The translations under genes were made by a program, and so were the position numbers. Below the pieces are notes generated by a model that saw only the letters and a program-made list of their open reading frames with translations, had not been told where the DNA came from and did no database searches. A stretch of DNA of 32,719 nucleotides, from the IMG/VR virus record IMGVR_UViG_3300025127_000007, positions 1 through 32,719 of that record, one strand, 5' to 3'. The DNA comes from a virus. Below, one piece after another: positions 20,095 to 30,694 of this stretch (the stretch's first letter is position 1; every line of letters begins with the position of its first letter).

Positions 20095-22593
20095 CTATCG
20101 TACATACTGTGATGGTGGAAAGTAAAACTCTTGCCCTGTGTCCTTCTTCATGCGCCTCTCCATACGTTTGAAATAGCCAGGATTTGCAAACTCTGTTAGC
20201 TCATACATAAACAAGTAGTCTAACGCCAACTTTGCATAGAACAAGTTTGCGCCAGGAATGTTGCGCATAGCTAATCTTACTGTTTCTGCTGCCGCATCGT
20301 CACCGCTGCGAAACTTGCCGTAAATCTGTAACACATCTGCCGCCGTGCCAAAGGTAGGGCCAGCAAGAGTTTCAAGCGGCCCCTGACCATACCTGTTAAA
20401 CTCACCAAATATGAAGTCTCCGTAGATTCCTGCACCGCCACCTTGTGTAAAGGCACGGAACAACAGCTCTTTATTTAAGGTATAATCATCACCAAAAACC
20501 TCCGCAGGTTCTTTTCCTTTTAAAATGTCTTTAAGTGTAACCGACATATATCCCATCATTGTTGAGCCAACCATCATCTTTGCAACGCCATAATATCCAG
20601 ATGAGGCTTTTTGCCTGCTCAAGCCTTTTGTAACATAGGTGATTGGAAAGCCTTTAAGCTGCATAATCATTCGTATTGCTTCACCCATAACTGTACCGCG
20701 TGGCAACCCTTGGTTCATAATAGCACGCTCTCTTGCGCCTGGGGTTGGGATAGCCGTGTCTGCACTATCAGCGTAGTAAGCTGATATTTTACTGCGTAGG
20801 TCATCACGAAACTGTTGGCGCATCTTGTCTGTTATATCAAGCTGTCCTGTGCGTTGCGCGATCAACGGGTCTATCTTTTCAACAGCTATTTCATCAGCGA
20901 TATCAGGCACCAGATACTTGCGCCCATCAGCCGCCTTCATGTCCATGCCACGGAACAAAGACCACTCTGCCTCATTTATATCGTAAAGACTAAGCAACCT
21001 GCGTGTTTCTGGTGGTATCGCGTTGTAGGATCTGTTGCTGTAGTTAGCAAGGTCAGCAGACAACATACGCGCAATGCCAACCTTTTGTGTGCTGTTCCAC
21101 CATTGCATACCGTTCAGCTTAAAATACAACTGATGTGCCTTTGATATCATTCCAGGACCGCTATCATTTGCACCAAATCTAGCGTGAACGTCTGCTAACT
21201 CGTTTTCAACACCAACACTTAGCAGGTATGCCAACTCTTTTTGCTCTTTGCTGTTGAACAAACGAAATGTATCACGCAAAGCAGAGGCATAAGCACCAAA
21301 AATGTTCCGTTCTGTGTTTGCGTTTATAAACGCTGCCTTGGTTGCAATGTCTGAAAACGATGAAATGGTAGCAAATCCTAGCTTTGCCATTGATTGCAAC
21401 ATACGAAAGCCAGCAGCTATGCCAGCGTAAGTAACCGTTGTATTCAGTATGGGCTGGGTTGCGCCTAGTGCGCGAGTTGTGCCATCCAGCTCTGCAAACT
21501 GGTTTCTCAAGCGTCCTTCTTTTATGGGCTTTGCAACGCCCTTTGGCTTTATTTCTGTAATTATTCTGTCGAACATGGCTTTTGGGTTTGTGCCAAAAGT
21601 TTCAAGCAAACCTATGGCTTGCGCATCATGAGAGATGCCTTGGTACACGGCCTCAGACAGTTTCATGCGGCTAAACCTGTTTGCGTATGCCAGCGCAGAT
21701 TTACCATTTTTGAAGTGGATTATGCGCTGCGCACTAAGGCGTTTGGCAAGATTTACTGGCCCCTTAAACTCTGGCTGCGCACCGCCTACACCACCCACGC
21801 CGTCAACCTTCATATGGTTTCCGCTAACAAGGTTGTCATACATAGAGCCAAGAAACTCAACCTCAGTCATGTCGTCTGGCTTGTTAGCCATAGTTTTTTC
21901 TATGTCCATGTTTTCAGACACAAAAGTAATCCACGCTTGTTTATCTTCTTCTGTGCCTTTGCCGCGTATCAACAATGGGTCATGGTGCTGGCGCACAACA
22001 TAGTTCTCAAGCTCACCAATGTTTGCACCGTTTCTGTTCTTGCGGTCTAACAGACGCTTCTGTACCTTTTTAATGGTCTCTGCAATTTGACGCGCCTCTT
22101 TGCTGCCACTGCTTCCAAGGCCATCAAACATTTCTTGATAAATTTTTTCATCTAGCTCATTGGAGCGGAAAATATCTAGCAAATCATTTCGTTTTAACTC
22201 GCCTACCAACGCGCCCGTGTTGTCTAAAAATATACTACGCTGCTTAGCGTCAATGCTGTACAGGCTACGCCTTGCATCGCCAACAAGGATAGCAGACAAC
22301 GCTTTGCCAGGATCATTAGGCTCCTGACGCAATGCAGTCATCACCGTTGCGTATGCGCGTGCATTGATAAGACGATTTCGCTTTTGTATGGCAGACTCAA
22401 TCCTTGCTCTTTTGGCTAATTCTTTTGCCTCTGCAATGAGTTCGCCAAGCTCACTGTCACCGTAAACACCGCCACGGCGATCAATCTTGTCTTGCATAAT
22501 TTTGAGGATGGCATCTATCTCATCCTGCGCGACAGCTATATCTTTGTCTTGCGCAATCTTGCGTAGCTCTGCGCTACAAATCTTTATGCTCAT
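20095..22593 (-). CDS. Large internal virion / ejection-type protein (gp16-position, part 2)
   Basis: 832 aa; position between the gp15-like proteins and the fibre; ATGA overlap upstream; no enzymatic motif recognised. Confidence 0.55.
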   Translation of the reverse strand: MSIKICSAELRKIAQDKDIAVAQDEIDAILKIMQDKIDRRGGVYGDSELGELIAEAKELAKRARIESAIQKRNRLINARAYATVMTALRQEPNDPGKALSAILVGDARRSLYSIDAKQRSIFLDNTGALVGELKRNDLLDIFRSNELDEKIYQEMFDGLGSSGSKEARQIAETIKKVQKRLLDRKNRNGANIGELENYVVRQHHDPLLIRGKGTEEDKQAWITFVSENMDIEKTMANKPDDMTEVEFLGSMYDNLVSGNHMKVDGVGGVGGAQPEFKGPVNLAKRLSAQRIIHFKNGKSALAYANRFSRMKLSEAVYQGISHDAQAIGLLETFGTNPKAMFDRIITEIKPKGVAKPIKEGRLRNQFAELDGTTRALGATQPILNTTVTYAGIAAGFRMLQSMAKLGFATISSFSDIATKAAFINANTERNIFGAYASALRDTFRLFNSKEQKELAYLLSVGVENELADVHARFGANDSGPGMISKAHQLYFKLNGMQWWNSTQKVGIARMLSADLANYSNRSYNAIPPETRRLLSLYDINEAEWSLFRGMDMKAADGRKYLVPDIADEIAVEKIDPLIAQRTGQLDITDKMRQQFRDDLRSKISAYYADSADTAIPTPGARERAIMNQGLPRGTVMGEAIRMIMQLKGFPITYVTKGLSRQKASSGYYGVAKMMVGSTMMGYMSVTLKDILKGKEPAEVFGDDYTLNKELLFRAFTQGGGAGIYGDFIFGEFNRYGQGPLETLAGPTFGTAADVLQIYGKFRSGDDAAAETVRLAMRNIPGANLFYAKLALDYLFMYELTEFANPGYFKRMERRMKKDTGQEFYFPPSQYVR

Positions 22594-24371
22594 CCTACGC
22601 TCCTGCCATTTCTGTTTACACAGACTGCGGCTGTTCTAGCGGCTTCATCCATATATTCATCTGCGCGGCGCAAAGCCTCATCTGCTATACGAATGTCCTC
22701 ATCTATGTCAGCAGGTATGGTAACGTCAGCACGCAATATTTCTAAATCCTGTTCAAGCAACGCTATCTCATCAACAGTATCTTGAAACTCTTGGGTTGTT
22801 AGATCCATGCCAGCAGCGTCCATCTCGTCAAGTTTCGACTTCTGGTCTGCATCAACGCCAAGGTTATAATCTTGAATACGCGCCTCATTCTGAGCGTTCA
22901 AAGACTCTTGCTGGGTGAGCGGTGAACCTTCAAGAGACTGCGGCTCCACATCACGTTGCTCTAAGCCAGATACTGCATTTTGGTTGTATTCAAGCAACTC
23001 AGTTTCTGCTATTGTGATATCAAGCTCTGTCTCGCTCAAGCCTGTTGGGTCAATGCCGCGCCTATCCAAAAACTCTTGAAGGTCTTGTGCGGCTTGATAG
23101 GCATCTACAGCGTCTTGCTCTGCTGCTGAATATTGCTTGTTTCCAGCCTTGTCCTCTCGCACAGCGTTGATAAAATCGTTGATATCAATCTCATCAGGCA
23201 CACCCTCAATAGCTGCTGGCAAATACCCATCCTCTCTAGCGGCTGTAAGCATGTCATCAACAGAACGTCCACCCTTTGCTGCGCTTACATAAAACTTACC
23301 AGCCTTTGCCGCTGGGATAGCTTCTTTCAAGTCAGCGGCACCTGTGCTGTTAGGGTCTATCCCACCCTTTGCCCTGATGTATTGTATCAGTGTCTTTGGC
23401 TCTTCAACACGCAACTGTGGTGGACGAGCCCTGCCTTTGCGTCTTGGCTCTGCTGGCCGCTGGCGAGGCTCGTCACCGCGCAAAACCGTTTCTTCTATAA
23501 TATCACCAGTCTCAGGGTCAAACCTACGCTCTACGCCCCTCACAGAGCGATCCTGGGCTAAACGCTCGTTTGCTCTAGCAATAATGTCTGCATCTTTTGC
23601 TGCTTCTTGTTGCTCAACTAACCGACCAGCGGTTATTGGCTGATCCGTGACCGCTTGCGCAACGCTGCGTGCCAAAGCCTCATCGCTTACCCTGCTGGCC
23701 TCTATCCTGTCAGATATTTTGCCGAATCCAACGTGCAAGCCACCGCCAAGAACTGAACCGAATGTGACGTTGAGAAAGCTGTCCATAAGGCCATAGTCAG
23801 CATCTTGCTCTAAATACGCCTGACCGATGACAAGTGGCTCCAGCACAGTTGCGCCAACCGCACCATCTATCGCGCCAGCCATCAATCTGCTGCCAGTCTT
23901 GCCAAAACGTGCTGCCATAGTAGCCATACGCGCCTGACCTATAGCTGGGATGAAGGCTGATGCCACGTTGAGAGGGTCAAGCATAGAGCCAGCCAGCATT
24001 GTGCCAAACTGTGCCGCACCTAGCCCAAAGCCACCGCGTGATCTGTTTAGGGTAAACCTAAAGTTCTCACGCCTGTCGTGACGCTCCGAAAGCAGGTTTG
24101 CCAAACCCTCTGTAATGCCGTTCTCATCTACTTCTATGCCTTCACGAAAGTATTTACTGTCACGAAACTCATCAGAAGATAGCACCCGACCATTTGCACC
24201 TGGACCTAAATACTGGTCAAACGTGCGGTTCAGTGCGCTTAGAGGGTTATAGTACAGGGTTTCATCAAGCGTTGCGCCAAGCACATCAAGAGTGCCAGCC
24301 TTTGACACATCGAAATAGTTGTCAAAAGCGTTTTGATCGTATTTTTGCTCTGGTACGAAAAAATCTACCAT
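22590..24371 (-). CDS. Internal virion / ejection-type protein with a Gly-rich hydrophobic segment and an acidic C-terminus
   Basis: 593 aa. GGFGLGAAQFGTMLAGSMLDP...AGAIDGAVGATVLEP...GSVLGGGLHVGFG glycine-zipper-like stretches; the C-terminal third is very acidic. Confidence 0.55.
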   Translation of the reverse strand: MVDFFVPEQKYDQNAFDNYFDVSKAGTLDVLGATLDETLYYNPLSALNRTFDQYLGPGANGRVLSSDEFRDSKYFREGIEVDENGITEGLANLLSERHDRRENFRFTLNRSRGGFGLGAAQFGTMLAGSMLDPLNVASAFIPAIGQARMATMAARFGKTGSRLMAGAIDGAVGATVLEPLVIGQAYLEQDADYGLMDSFLNVTFGSVLGGGLHVGFGKISDRIEASRVSDEALARSVAQAVTDQPITAGRLVEQQEAAKDADIIARANERLAQDRSVRGVERRFDPETGDIIEETVLRGDEPRQRPAEPRRKGRARPPQLRVEEPKTLIQYIRAKGGIDPNSTGAADLKEAIPAAKAGKFYVSAAKGGRSVDDMLTAAREDGYLPAAIEGVPDEIDINDFINAVREDKAGNKQYSAAEQDAVDAYQAAQDLQEFLDRRGIDPTGLSETELDITIAETELLEYNQNAVSGLEQRDVEPQSLEGSPLTQQESLNAQNEARIQDYNLGVDADQKSKLDEMDAAGMDLTTQEFQDTVDEIALLEQDLEILRADVTIPADIDEDIRIADEALRRADEYMDEAARTAAVCVNRNGRSVG

Positions 24372-27013
24372 TACTGGAGCAGCCTTCTGGCTATCTCTTT
24401 GCGCCGTGTTATTTTTTGTGCTGCTGTCCCTGTTTCAGATGACAACCGCTCCATTTCTGCAATCAAAGGCAGGATGTCAGAAAACCTTATAGTAACAAAT
24501 GCCTGATCTGGTGAAATGGCTGTTGGGCCAGGGTCAATCCTTCTTGTAACCATGTTGCCAGTTTGGTCTACAAGGTATGCGCCCTTATGGTCTGAGGTTG
24601 TTACCCAATAACCCTGCGCTAAATCTTGTTTGTACTTTTGATTTGCGTCAACATTGCCACTCACAGGCGGTATGTTTGCAAAACCAACAATCATCTCTCT
24701 GGACTTTTCGTCACTCACAAGGGAGTTTAACACATTACCAATCTCTGCTGATGAGTTTTCAAGTCCCTTAAGCATACGCAGAGGTTTGCCGTTGACTTCA
24801 GCGAATGAAAACTGACTGTTGACAATATTATTGACTGCTTTTTCCACAGCATTGGTCATGTCTGGCTCTCCAGCGTTCATGTAATATGCCGCCGTGTTCT
24901 GAATTAGATTGTTCATCGCTGTTACATGAAGCGTGCGCGATCCCGTAGCTCCACGCGAAACAACACTGTCAGTTGTGCCGCCAATAATACTGCCAGAATA
25001 TTCAGCGTTTTGCGCCATCACCTCTGCCATAATCTCTTTATAGGTAGTTGTGCCAATGTTTGCTTTTAGCTCTTTAACAACATCAGGACGATTTGCTGCT
25101 TCAATATCAAACCCAGCTACGTTGCCTGGATTTGCAATCACCCAAGCATCAGCAAGGCTCAAAACACCTTGATTCATTAAGTTGCGCATGATACGCGACT
25201 CATTTTCAACGCCAAACTTGGTAATAAAAGCAATCCCAAGGTCAGATTTTTCCCTTGCCGTAAGCTCTGGATCTTTAAACTGAGACTGAAAAGCATCTAT
25301 TTCAGCATCTGCTGCAATCCTTATATCAACATCAGCTATGCCCATCTGCCTCTGCAAAAATATGAGTTGGTCAATGCTAGCAGCATCCTGACCCTTAACT
25401 TGCAAATCGTCTTGAATAAACTTTACAGGGTCATTTGAAAGGCTGCTTGCACGCGCTGCTAACATTTCTTCGAAACGATCACTTTTTATTTCCGCTATTC
25501 TTGCGCTTTCTGTTGTTGTTGCCTCTGCCCTTTCCCTTTGCAATGCACCACGCGCTGCTGCTATTTCAGATGGCGTGCCAAACTTTACACTAGAAAACAA
25601 AACGCCAGCATTGCGCACGCCAGTCATGGCTTCGTCAAAAGACTGTCCCGGAACATCATTGTCGGGAGACAGTTGAGATATTTTAATCGCAACATTGTCT
25701 ATTATTGACTGCGCGTTTGGCGTGGTTTGCCCTTCATTAGCAACAAGGATTGTTTCAATAGCTTTGGTATCTGCTTGGATTGATGCGCCTAGCTCCTTAT
25801 CCAAGACAGCGAGAGCTTGGTTTGCATTGCTTATTAGTGGCTCTGCTACATCACGCCCAAAACCAGAAAACCGACCAGTAAGCGTTTTCGCTTCGTCTAT
25901 AAAAGCATTTAATTCATCACGGTCCATGCTAGCGATTGTAGGGTAAAGCGTATCTATTAAGTTTTTGTTTGCCTTGGCTTGTGATGTCTTGTATCCCTGC
26001 TCAAACTGATTTGCCAATGCAGTGCGAAACTTTGCGCCTGTGCCACGCAAATCAATGCTAATAGTTTCATCCTCTCTTTCGATTGTGACAAAACCAGCGT
26101 CAACATCCCTCATCTGCGCTAAAGCCTGCGCCTCTTCATCTCCCGTAAGATTTGCCCCAAGAAGCACATCTCTGACCTCATCTCTCTTGCCTTCTTCAAG
26201 CTCAGTTATTTTTGTGTCAATAGAACTAAGTATTTGCTGCTTGATTGACTCAGAGGCAAACTCTGAGCTTGCAGCAACTGTTGATTTTAAAACCTCTGCG
26301 TTTGCAAAATTTTGTAACTCATCGACTTTTCCAGAAAAAAATCTTGTCTGCGCCTCTGCTAGAAATGTTTTTCTGCCATAATTCAAACTTAGTTGATTTT
26401 GTCGGCCATCATCTATAAGAGCCAAACTAGTTGCAACGATTGCATTAAAATCTGTGCTATTATCTGTTTTGCTTATTTCAGCTAAAGCATTTTCAAGCGT
26501 TGCGTTTGATGCCGCAGATTTTTCTCCTTGGCTATACTGAAAAGACACTTTCTTTGCGTCTGCGACCTTGAATTTCATAGTTTGCAAAACTGAACCAGTG
26601 ATTGCTTCAGTTTGACTAGGCGTTAAATTTAATCCCTTAATTTCATTTAAAATGGGTGTTTGAACTGTGTTTGTCAGACCAGTTACCATTTTTTCCATAT
26701 TTGGTTCTTTGGTTTCTAAAGTGTAAGTATCTGCTTGCGTATATGCTTGAGCAGCAAATTTTTGTGACAAAGTTTTTGTTTCTTCATCTTTTTGCGCTTT
26801 CTGAAACTTAAACTCTAGGTCTTTGCTGGCGTTATCAAACTCCATCATATTTTTGGCAAACTGCCTGCCAGTCTGCCCTATAGCTTGCCCAGCCCTAGCC
26901 ATCGCCTGTCCTGGTGCTGCAAAGGCCTCTGTTGGCGCACTTGGTCCCAAAGACCCTGTAGCAAGGTCTACTTGTGAACCCATACCTCTTGCATACAAAG
27001 GAATCTTTGGCAT
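24371..27013 (-). CDS. Large internal virion protein (gp15-position)
   Basis: 880 aa, mostly helical composition, located in the T7 gp13-gp16 equivalent block. Confidence 0.55.
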   Translation of the reverse strand: MPKIPLYARGMGSQVDLATGSLGPSAPTEAFAAPGQAMARAGQAIGQTGRQFAKNMMEFDNASKDLEFKFQKAQKDEETKTLSQKFAAQAYTQADTYTLETKEPNMEKMVTGLTNTVQTPILNEIKGLNLTPSQTEAITGSVLQTMKFKVADAKKVSFQYSQGEKSAASNATLENALAEISKTDNSTDFNAIVATSLALIDDGRQNQLSLNYGRKTFLAEAQTRFFSGKVDELQNFANAEVLKSTVAASSEFASESIKQQILSSIDTKITELEEGKRDEVRDVLLGANLTGDEEAQALAQMRDVDAGFVTIEREDETISIDLRGTGAKFRTALANQFEQGYKTSQAKANKNLIDTLYPTIASMDRDELNAFIDEAKTLTGRFSGFGRDVAEPLISNANQALAVLDKELGASIQADTKAIETILVANEGQTTPNAQSIIDNVAIKISQLSPDNDVPGQSFDEAMTGVRNAGVLFSSVKFGTPSEIAAARGALQRERAEATTTESARIAEIKSDRFEEMLAARASSLSNDPVKFIQDDLQVKGQDAASIDQLIFLQRQMGIADVDIRIAADAEIDAFQSQFKDPELTAREKSDLGIAFITKFGVENESRIMRNLMNQGVLSLADAWVIANPGNVAGFDIEAANRPDVVKELKANIGTTTYKEIMAEVMAQNAEYSGSIIGGTTDSVVSRGATGSRTLHVTAMNNLIQNTAAYYMNAGEPDMTNAVEKAVNNIVNSQFSFAEVNGKPLRMLKGLENSSAEIGNVLNSLVSDEKSREMIVGFANIPPVSGNVDANQKYKQDLAQGYWVTTSDHKGAYLVDQTGNMVTRRIDPGPTAISPDQAFVTIRFSDILPLIAEMERLSSETGTAAQKITRRKEIARRLLQ

Positions 27014-27015
27014 CT

Positions 27016-27528
27016 CTATCTATCCAACTCTTGTTGTCTGTATCTGTCTTGAAGATCAAAAAAGTCTTGTTGCTGCCTTATGCTTGCCGCCTGCCCCGCG
27101 CCGTCCAGAAGGGTTGTGTAAGCTGCTGTGCGGAACGCTGATGCCCTTGCGTTTCCAGCCGCACGCGCCATAGCTGCTTGTGCTAACTGCCCTGCTGTTT
27201 CAACATCACTCGCGTACTGTATGCGTAAAGCATCACGTTCCATAGCAAAGTATGAGTCAGCCAAAGCTAAGTAGGGGCTTCCTGATAACTCAACTCCAGA
27301 CGCTGCGGTGGCTACTACTTGCTGACCAGTAAGCCTCTCGTTTGCCCGTCTAAGGTTTGCTTCCTGATCTATTTTAGCTCTTTGCAGAACAACAGCTTCG
27401 TTTTCAGCAACCTGCGCATTGTATTCGGCAGTTTGCCTCGCGGCTCTTGCAGACGCTTGGTTTCCCTTAAATCCAAGTACAGTGCTGGCGGTTGTGGCTA
27501 CTGCGGCAACGGTTACTGGATCTACCAT
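27016..27528 (-). CDS. Internal virion protein (gp14-position)
   Basis: 170 aa, Ala/Gln-rich with an N-terminal hydrophobic stretch VTVAAVATTASTVLGF; by synteny. Confidence 0.5.
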   Translation of the reverse strand: MVDPVTVAAVATTASTVLGFKGNQASARAARQTAEYNAQVAENEAVVLQRAKIDQEANLRRANERLTGQQVVATAASGVELSGSPYLALADSYFAMERDALRIQYASDVETAGQLAQAAMARAAGNARASAFRTAAYTTLLDGAGQAASIRQQQDFFDLQDRYRQQELDR

Positions 27529-27950
27529 TAAATCACCCTTGCGTAACGGTAATAATCTGTGCCATCTGGCCCATACTTCTTCATTACACCCTCATTTTGA
27601 AAGCCAAGCCACTCAGCAAAACGCTTCGCAGTTTTATCAGTTACAGCAATACTTGCCTGTATTCTTTGGTAATCAAACTCTTCTTGCAAATAATCAAACA
27701 TATACGCGGTATGCCTTGCTACAGATGTGGGTTTTGTTACAGCGTCCTTGCCCAACAGCAGCCATGCCTCACCCACATGATCCCATATGTTGTGTATGCC
27801 ACCTATACCTATTACTTCATCTTGATCGAATAGTGAATATCCGTTCATATCTTTGTGTTCTACCAATGCCTTCCTGCCAGCATCCGAAAACTCAAACATC
27901 AGCTTCAGATGATCTATATGCTCTCTTGAAAACTTGCATACTCTAAGCAT
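27528..27950 (-). CDS. GNAT-fold acetyltransferase-like protein at the T7 gp13-equivalent position
   Basis: 140 aa from ATG 27950 (8-nt overlap with the upstream stop). VIGIGGIHNIW..GEAWLLL and AKRFAEWLGFQNEGVMKKY fit the GNAT core and its C-terminal GF..EG motif. Confidence 0.55.
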   Translation of the reverse strand: MLRVCKFSREHIDHLKLMFEFSDAGRKALVEHKDMNGYSLFDQDEVIGIGGIHNIWDHVGEAWLLLGKDAVTKPTSVARHTAYMFDYLQEEFDYQRIQASIAVTDKTAKRFAEWLGFQNEGVMKKYGPDGTDYYRYARVI

Positions 27951-30693
27951 CAAAAGTGTTTGACCTCCGCATAATTGCAAGGATTGTCATAGGCAATGGC
28001 TGGTTCTGGCGCACGACCACATGCGCGTCATTGTCGTATCCAGATGGGAAAGATATTTCTTTATCGCCAGTAAACATAGGCACAGCCTCGTCCATTGCCA
28101 TACTGCTGTCTCTAAATGGTATTCTATCTAGGCTGGTAAGACTTGGCCCAATCTCTGCGCCCACACTATTCAAAAAACGTGCTGTAACACCATGTATTCT
28201 TTTGATCTTGCCCTGTGATATGCCGTCCTCTGCGCCAGCTTCCATGCGCAAAGTTTCAACAAACGACTGATAACCATACCCAATCTGCGCCTTTGTTGTG
28301 CTTACATCCAGGGTTATACTGCCGCCAGACACCTGCTTTACAGCGTGCGCCGCGCCATCTGCAAGTATAGATACAACCTCTCCTTCTAGGTGATTCAGAC
28401 CTGATATGGTTGTTGTAGCTGACCCGCTGTATGTGAGGCCATTGTCCACATAGAACGCGTCACTTACCGCCGTGCCAAAATCAACTGACTTGAGATATAC
28501 AATGTGGCGCACAGTGCTGGTATTAATGATACGTTTTACAGACAGATACACCTGATCTTCTGCACCGCTTGGTATTGCAGTTATGCTCTCTACTATCGGT
28601 GCTGCCTCGTTAGTTGTTGCAAGGCGTGTAGTGTCAGAGCTTACACATGACAACAACCCGCCAGGCGTTGGGCTGCTTTCCTGCACAGTAACAACTGCCG
28701 CACTTGGGTTTGCCACCACAAAATCATCATGCGCATTGATAGCGGTGAAGATATTGTCTGCTGTTACATTGTTTGATGTGTTGGGACGAAAGCCTGTTGA
28801 TGATGCTGGGTCTGAGCTACCAGCAGCCTCTGATGTAAATGTAACCGTTGTGCCGTCACTCTTGGTAAATGTAAGTGTTGTGCCAACAGCTATGTTTGCG
28901 TAATCACTTACAGTTATTGTGCAGTTTGCACTTACACCGCCCAAGACATGCTGATGCCAGCCCACTGCGCCGTTTGCCCTGTCGTATGTAAGGCCAACAA
29001 GCGTGCCATCAGTATGCACAAACCACAGGATAAGTTCTGGCTCTTGCTGCCAAACCATATCTGTAAGACCGCCACGCGCTACATGGTCTGCCAAAACGGT
29101 CAGATCAATTCCCAACAAACCGTCTGTATCAAGATCAAAGGTAATCTCTTTGACTTTTTCAGAACCCTTTTGCACAAGGATAGTGCTGTTTCCTGCACGC
29201 AATGGACGCACATTTGAGGTGCCAAAAGTTGTTTCTCTTAGCACGTTGACGTTGGTAGGTGTCACAGGCTCACTACCAGCACCACCAGACAAGGTAAACT
29301 CAGAGCTTGTAGTCAATATCTGCAAGAAACGCGCAGGTAACAAATGCTTGATGACATTCACCTGATCTGACGCAATCGTTACATTGATAGCTGCGTCATC
29401 TGTGGTGCCAGGAGTATGGTTCTCAAAATCTGCGCTTACAGAGCCAAAGATGGTCTGTGGCTGGGCTGTGGTGCCTGCGTAGTACAAACGCTGCTCATAG
29501 AAAGCCACAGCGCGAGGAAAGCCGTTTCTAATGCTGAACGCACCCCTTGACCATTTGGTTGTGCCATCTGTTGCATTTTTGGGCAGCACAAGGTTGTCTA
29601 TAACACTGTTTGTCCCACTGTTCTGTACTACTGCCGTTGCTGTTGTTGCGTTAGTCACAGCAGTAATTTTTACAAAGCCAGTGCCATTGTGCTGAAACTG
29701 CCATGTATGATTGCCGTAAACTTCTGAACCTGAAAGGTGCACAGGGGCCTGTGCGCCAGTTGACTCACTAGAGCCAGCGTCTGTTTTCTTATAAACATTG
29801 CCGTTGTGATGCACGATATCATTTTGTGAGTATGTGTCACCAGTTGCCCACGCTGGGTGAGACACCTCAATGACATCACGGAATCTAAATATAGAACCAA
29901 CATCTTTTGATGCGTCAAACAAATCGGCAGATGCAGTGAGCGTTACTGTGCCAGTGTTTGCATCTGATGTTATGGTTGTAGTCGTAGAGTTTTCATCCTC
30001 ATACGGTCCATCAATAAAATCAATGTCAGATAACGTAAAGCTGGTTGCCGTTGTTCTGGTCAGCTTTGCTGGCTCATGGTCTTTGTGCGCAAGAAACAAA
30101 ACGTCAGCAGACTGCACATGATTCAACTCAAACACCTGCGCTTCTGTGTAAGTAGTTGTAACTTCTACTATTTTTCCAACTGTGCCAGCGGAACTGTAAG
30201 CTGTAAACGCACTGCTGTTGATGCCGGAAAGCTGAAAAGTATTTGTTGTCGCGCCAGCTACGGTAAACTCTGTGTTGTTGATCTCTGTCATTCCAACAAC
30301 GCCAGTGATGAATACCGTGTCACCGTTGGAAAAGCCGTGAGAGCTTGACGTTACGACTGCTGGATTTGCCTGCGTAACAGCCGTGATGTTTTTGGCAGTC
30401 TCAGTAAGTATGCCCTCGTCTTTGAAAAAGCGTATGTAGTTTTCACCAAACTCCAGCACATATGCTTGCTCATCACTAAACTCAAAGTTTACAAGGCGCA
30501 CCTTGCCGCCAGCCTTTGACGCACCAGCAAAATAAGAACCAGGGCGGCGTGTAATGCCACCCTGTGGAAAACTTATCATGTTGGTAAGTTCTTTTGCCGC
30601 CTCGTTGTACTTTTGAAGATCAATACGGCCTTCAAGCCTTGGCGAAAACTCTCCAGCGCGAAAGTTCGTTATAATCGTTGATACACGCGCCAT
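27943..30693 (-). CDS. Tail tubular protein B-like (nozzle)
   Basis: 916 aa. The N-terminal NFRAGEFSPRLEGRIDLQKYNEAAKELTNMISFPQGGITRRPG pattern is common in podovirus nozzle and stabilisation proteins; follows the tubular A-like gene. Confidence 0.6.
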   Translation of the reverse strand: MARVSTIITNFRAGEFSPRLEGRIDLQKYNEAAKELTNMISFPQGGITRRPGSYFAGASKAGGKVRLVNFEFSDEQAYVLEFGENYIRFFKDEGILTETAKNITAVTQANPAVVTSSSHGFSNGDTVFITGVVGMTEINNTEFTVAGATTNTFQLSGINSSAFTAYSSAGTVGKIVEVTTTYTEAQVFELNHVQSADVLFLAHKDHEPAKLTRTTATSFTLSDIDFIDGPYEDENSTTTTITSDANTGTVTLTASADLFDASKDVGSIFRFRDVIEVSHPAWATGDTYSQNDIVHHNGNVYKKTDAGSSESTGAQAPVHLSGSEVYGNHTWQFQHNGTGFVKITAVTNATTATAVVQNSGTNSVIDNLVLPKNATDGTTKWSRGAFSIRNGFPRAVAFYEQRLYYAGTTAQPQTIFGSVSADFENHTPGTTDDAAINVTIASDQVNVIKHLLPARFLQILTTSSEFTLSGGAGSEPVTPTNVNVLRETTFGTSNVRPLRAGNSTILVQKGSEKVKEITFDLDTDGLLGIDLTVLADHVARGGLTDMVWQQEPELILWFVHTDGTLVGLTYDRANGAVGWHQHVLGGVSANCTITVSDYANIAVGTTLTFTKSDGTTVTFTSEAAGSSDPASSTGFRPNTSNNVTADNIFTAINAHDDFVVANPSAAVVTVQESSPTPGGLLSCVSSDTTRLATTNEAAPIVESITAIPSGAEDQVYLSVKRIINTSTVRHIVYLKSVDFGTAVSDAFYVDNGLTYSGSATTTISGLNHLEGEVVSILADGAAHAVKQVSGGSITLDVSTTKAQIGYGYQSFVETLRMEAGAEDGISQGKIKRIHGVTARFLNSVGAEIGPSLTSLDRIPFRDSSMAMDEAVPMFTGDKEISFPSGYDNDAHVVVRQNQPLPMTILAIMRRSNTFDA

Positions 30694-30694
30694 A

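Noticed and set aside
27419-27946. 175-aa + strand ORF antisense to the gp14-like and GNAT-like genes; similar cases at 31601..32047 and 21619..22050
   Set aside because: These are antisense to well-supported structural genes in a uniformly leftward operon, with no RBS and no motifs.
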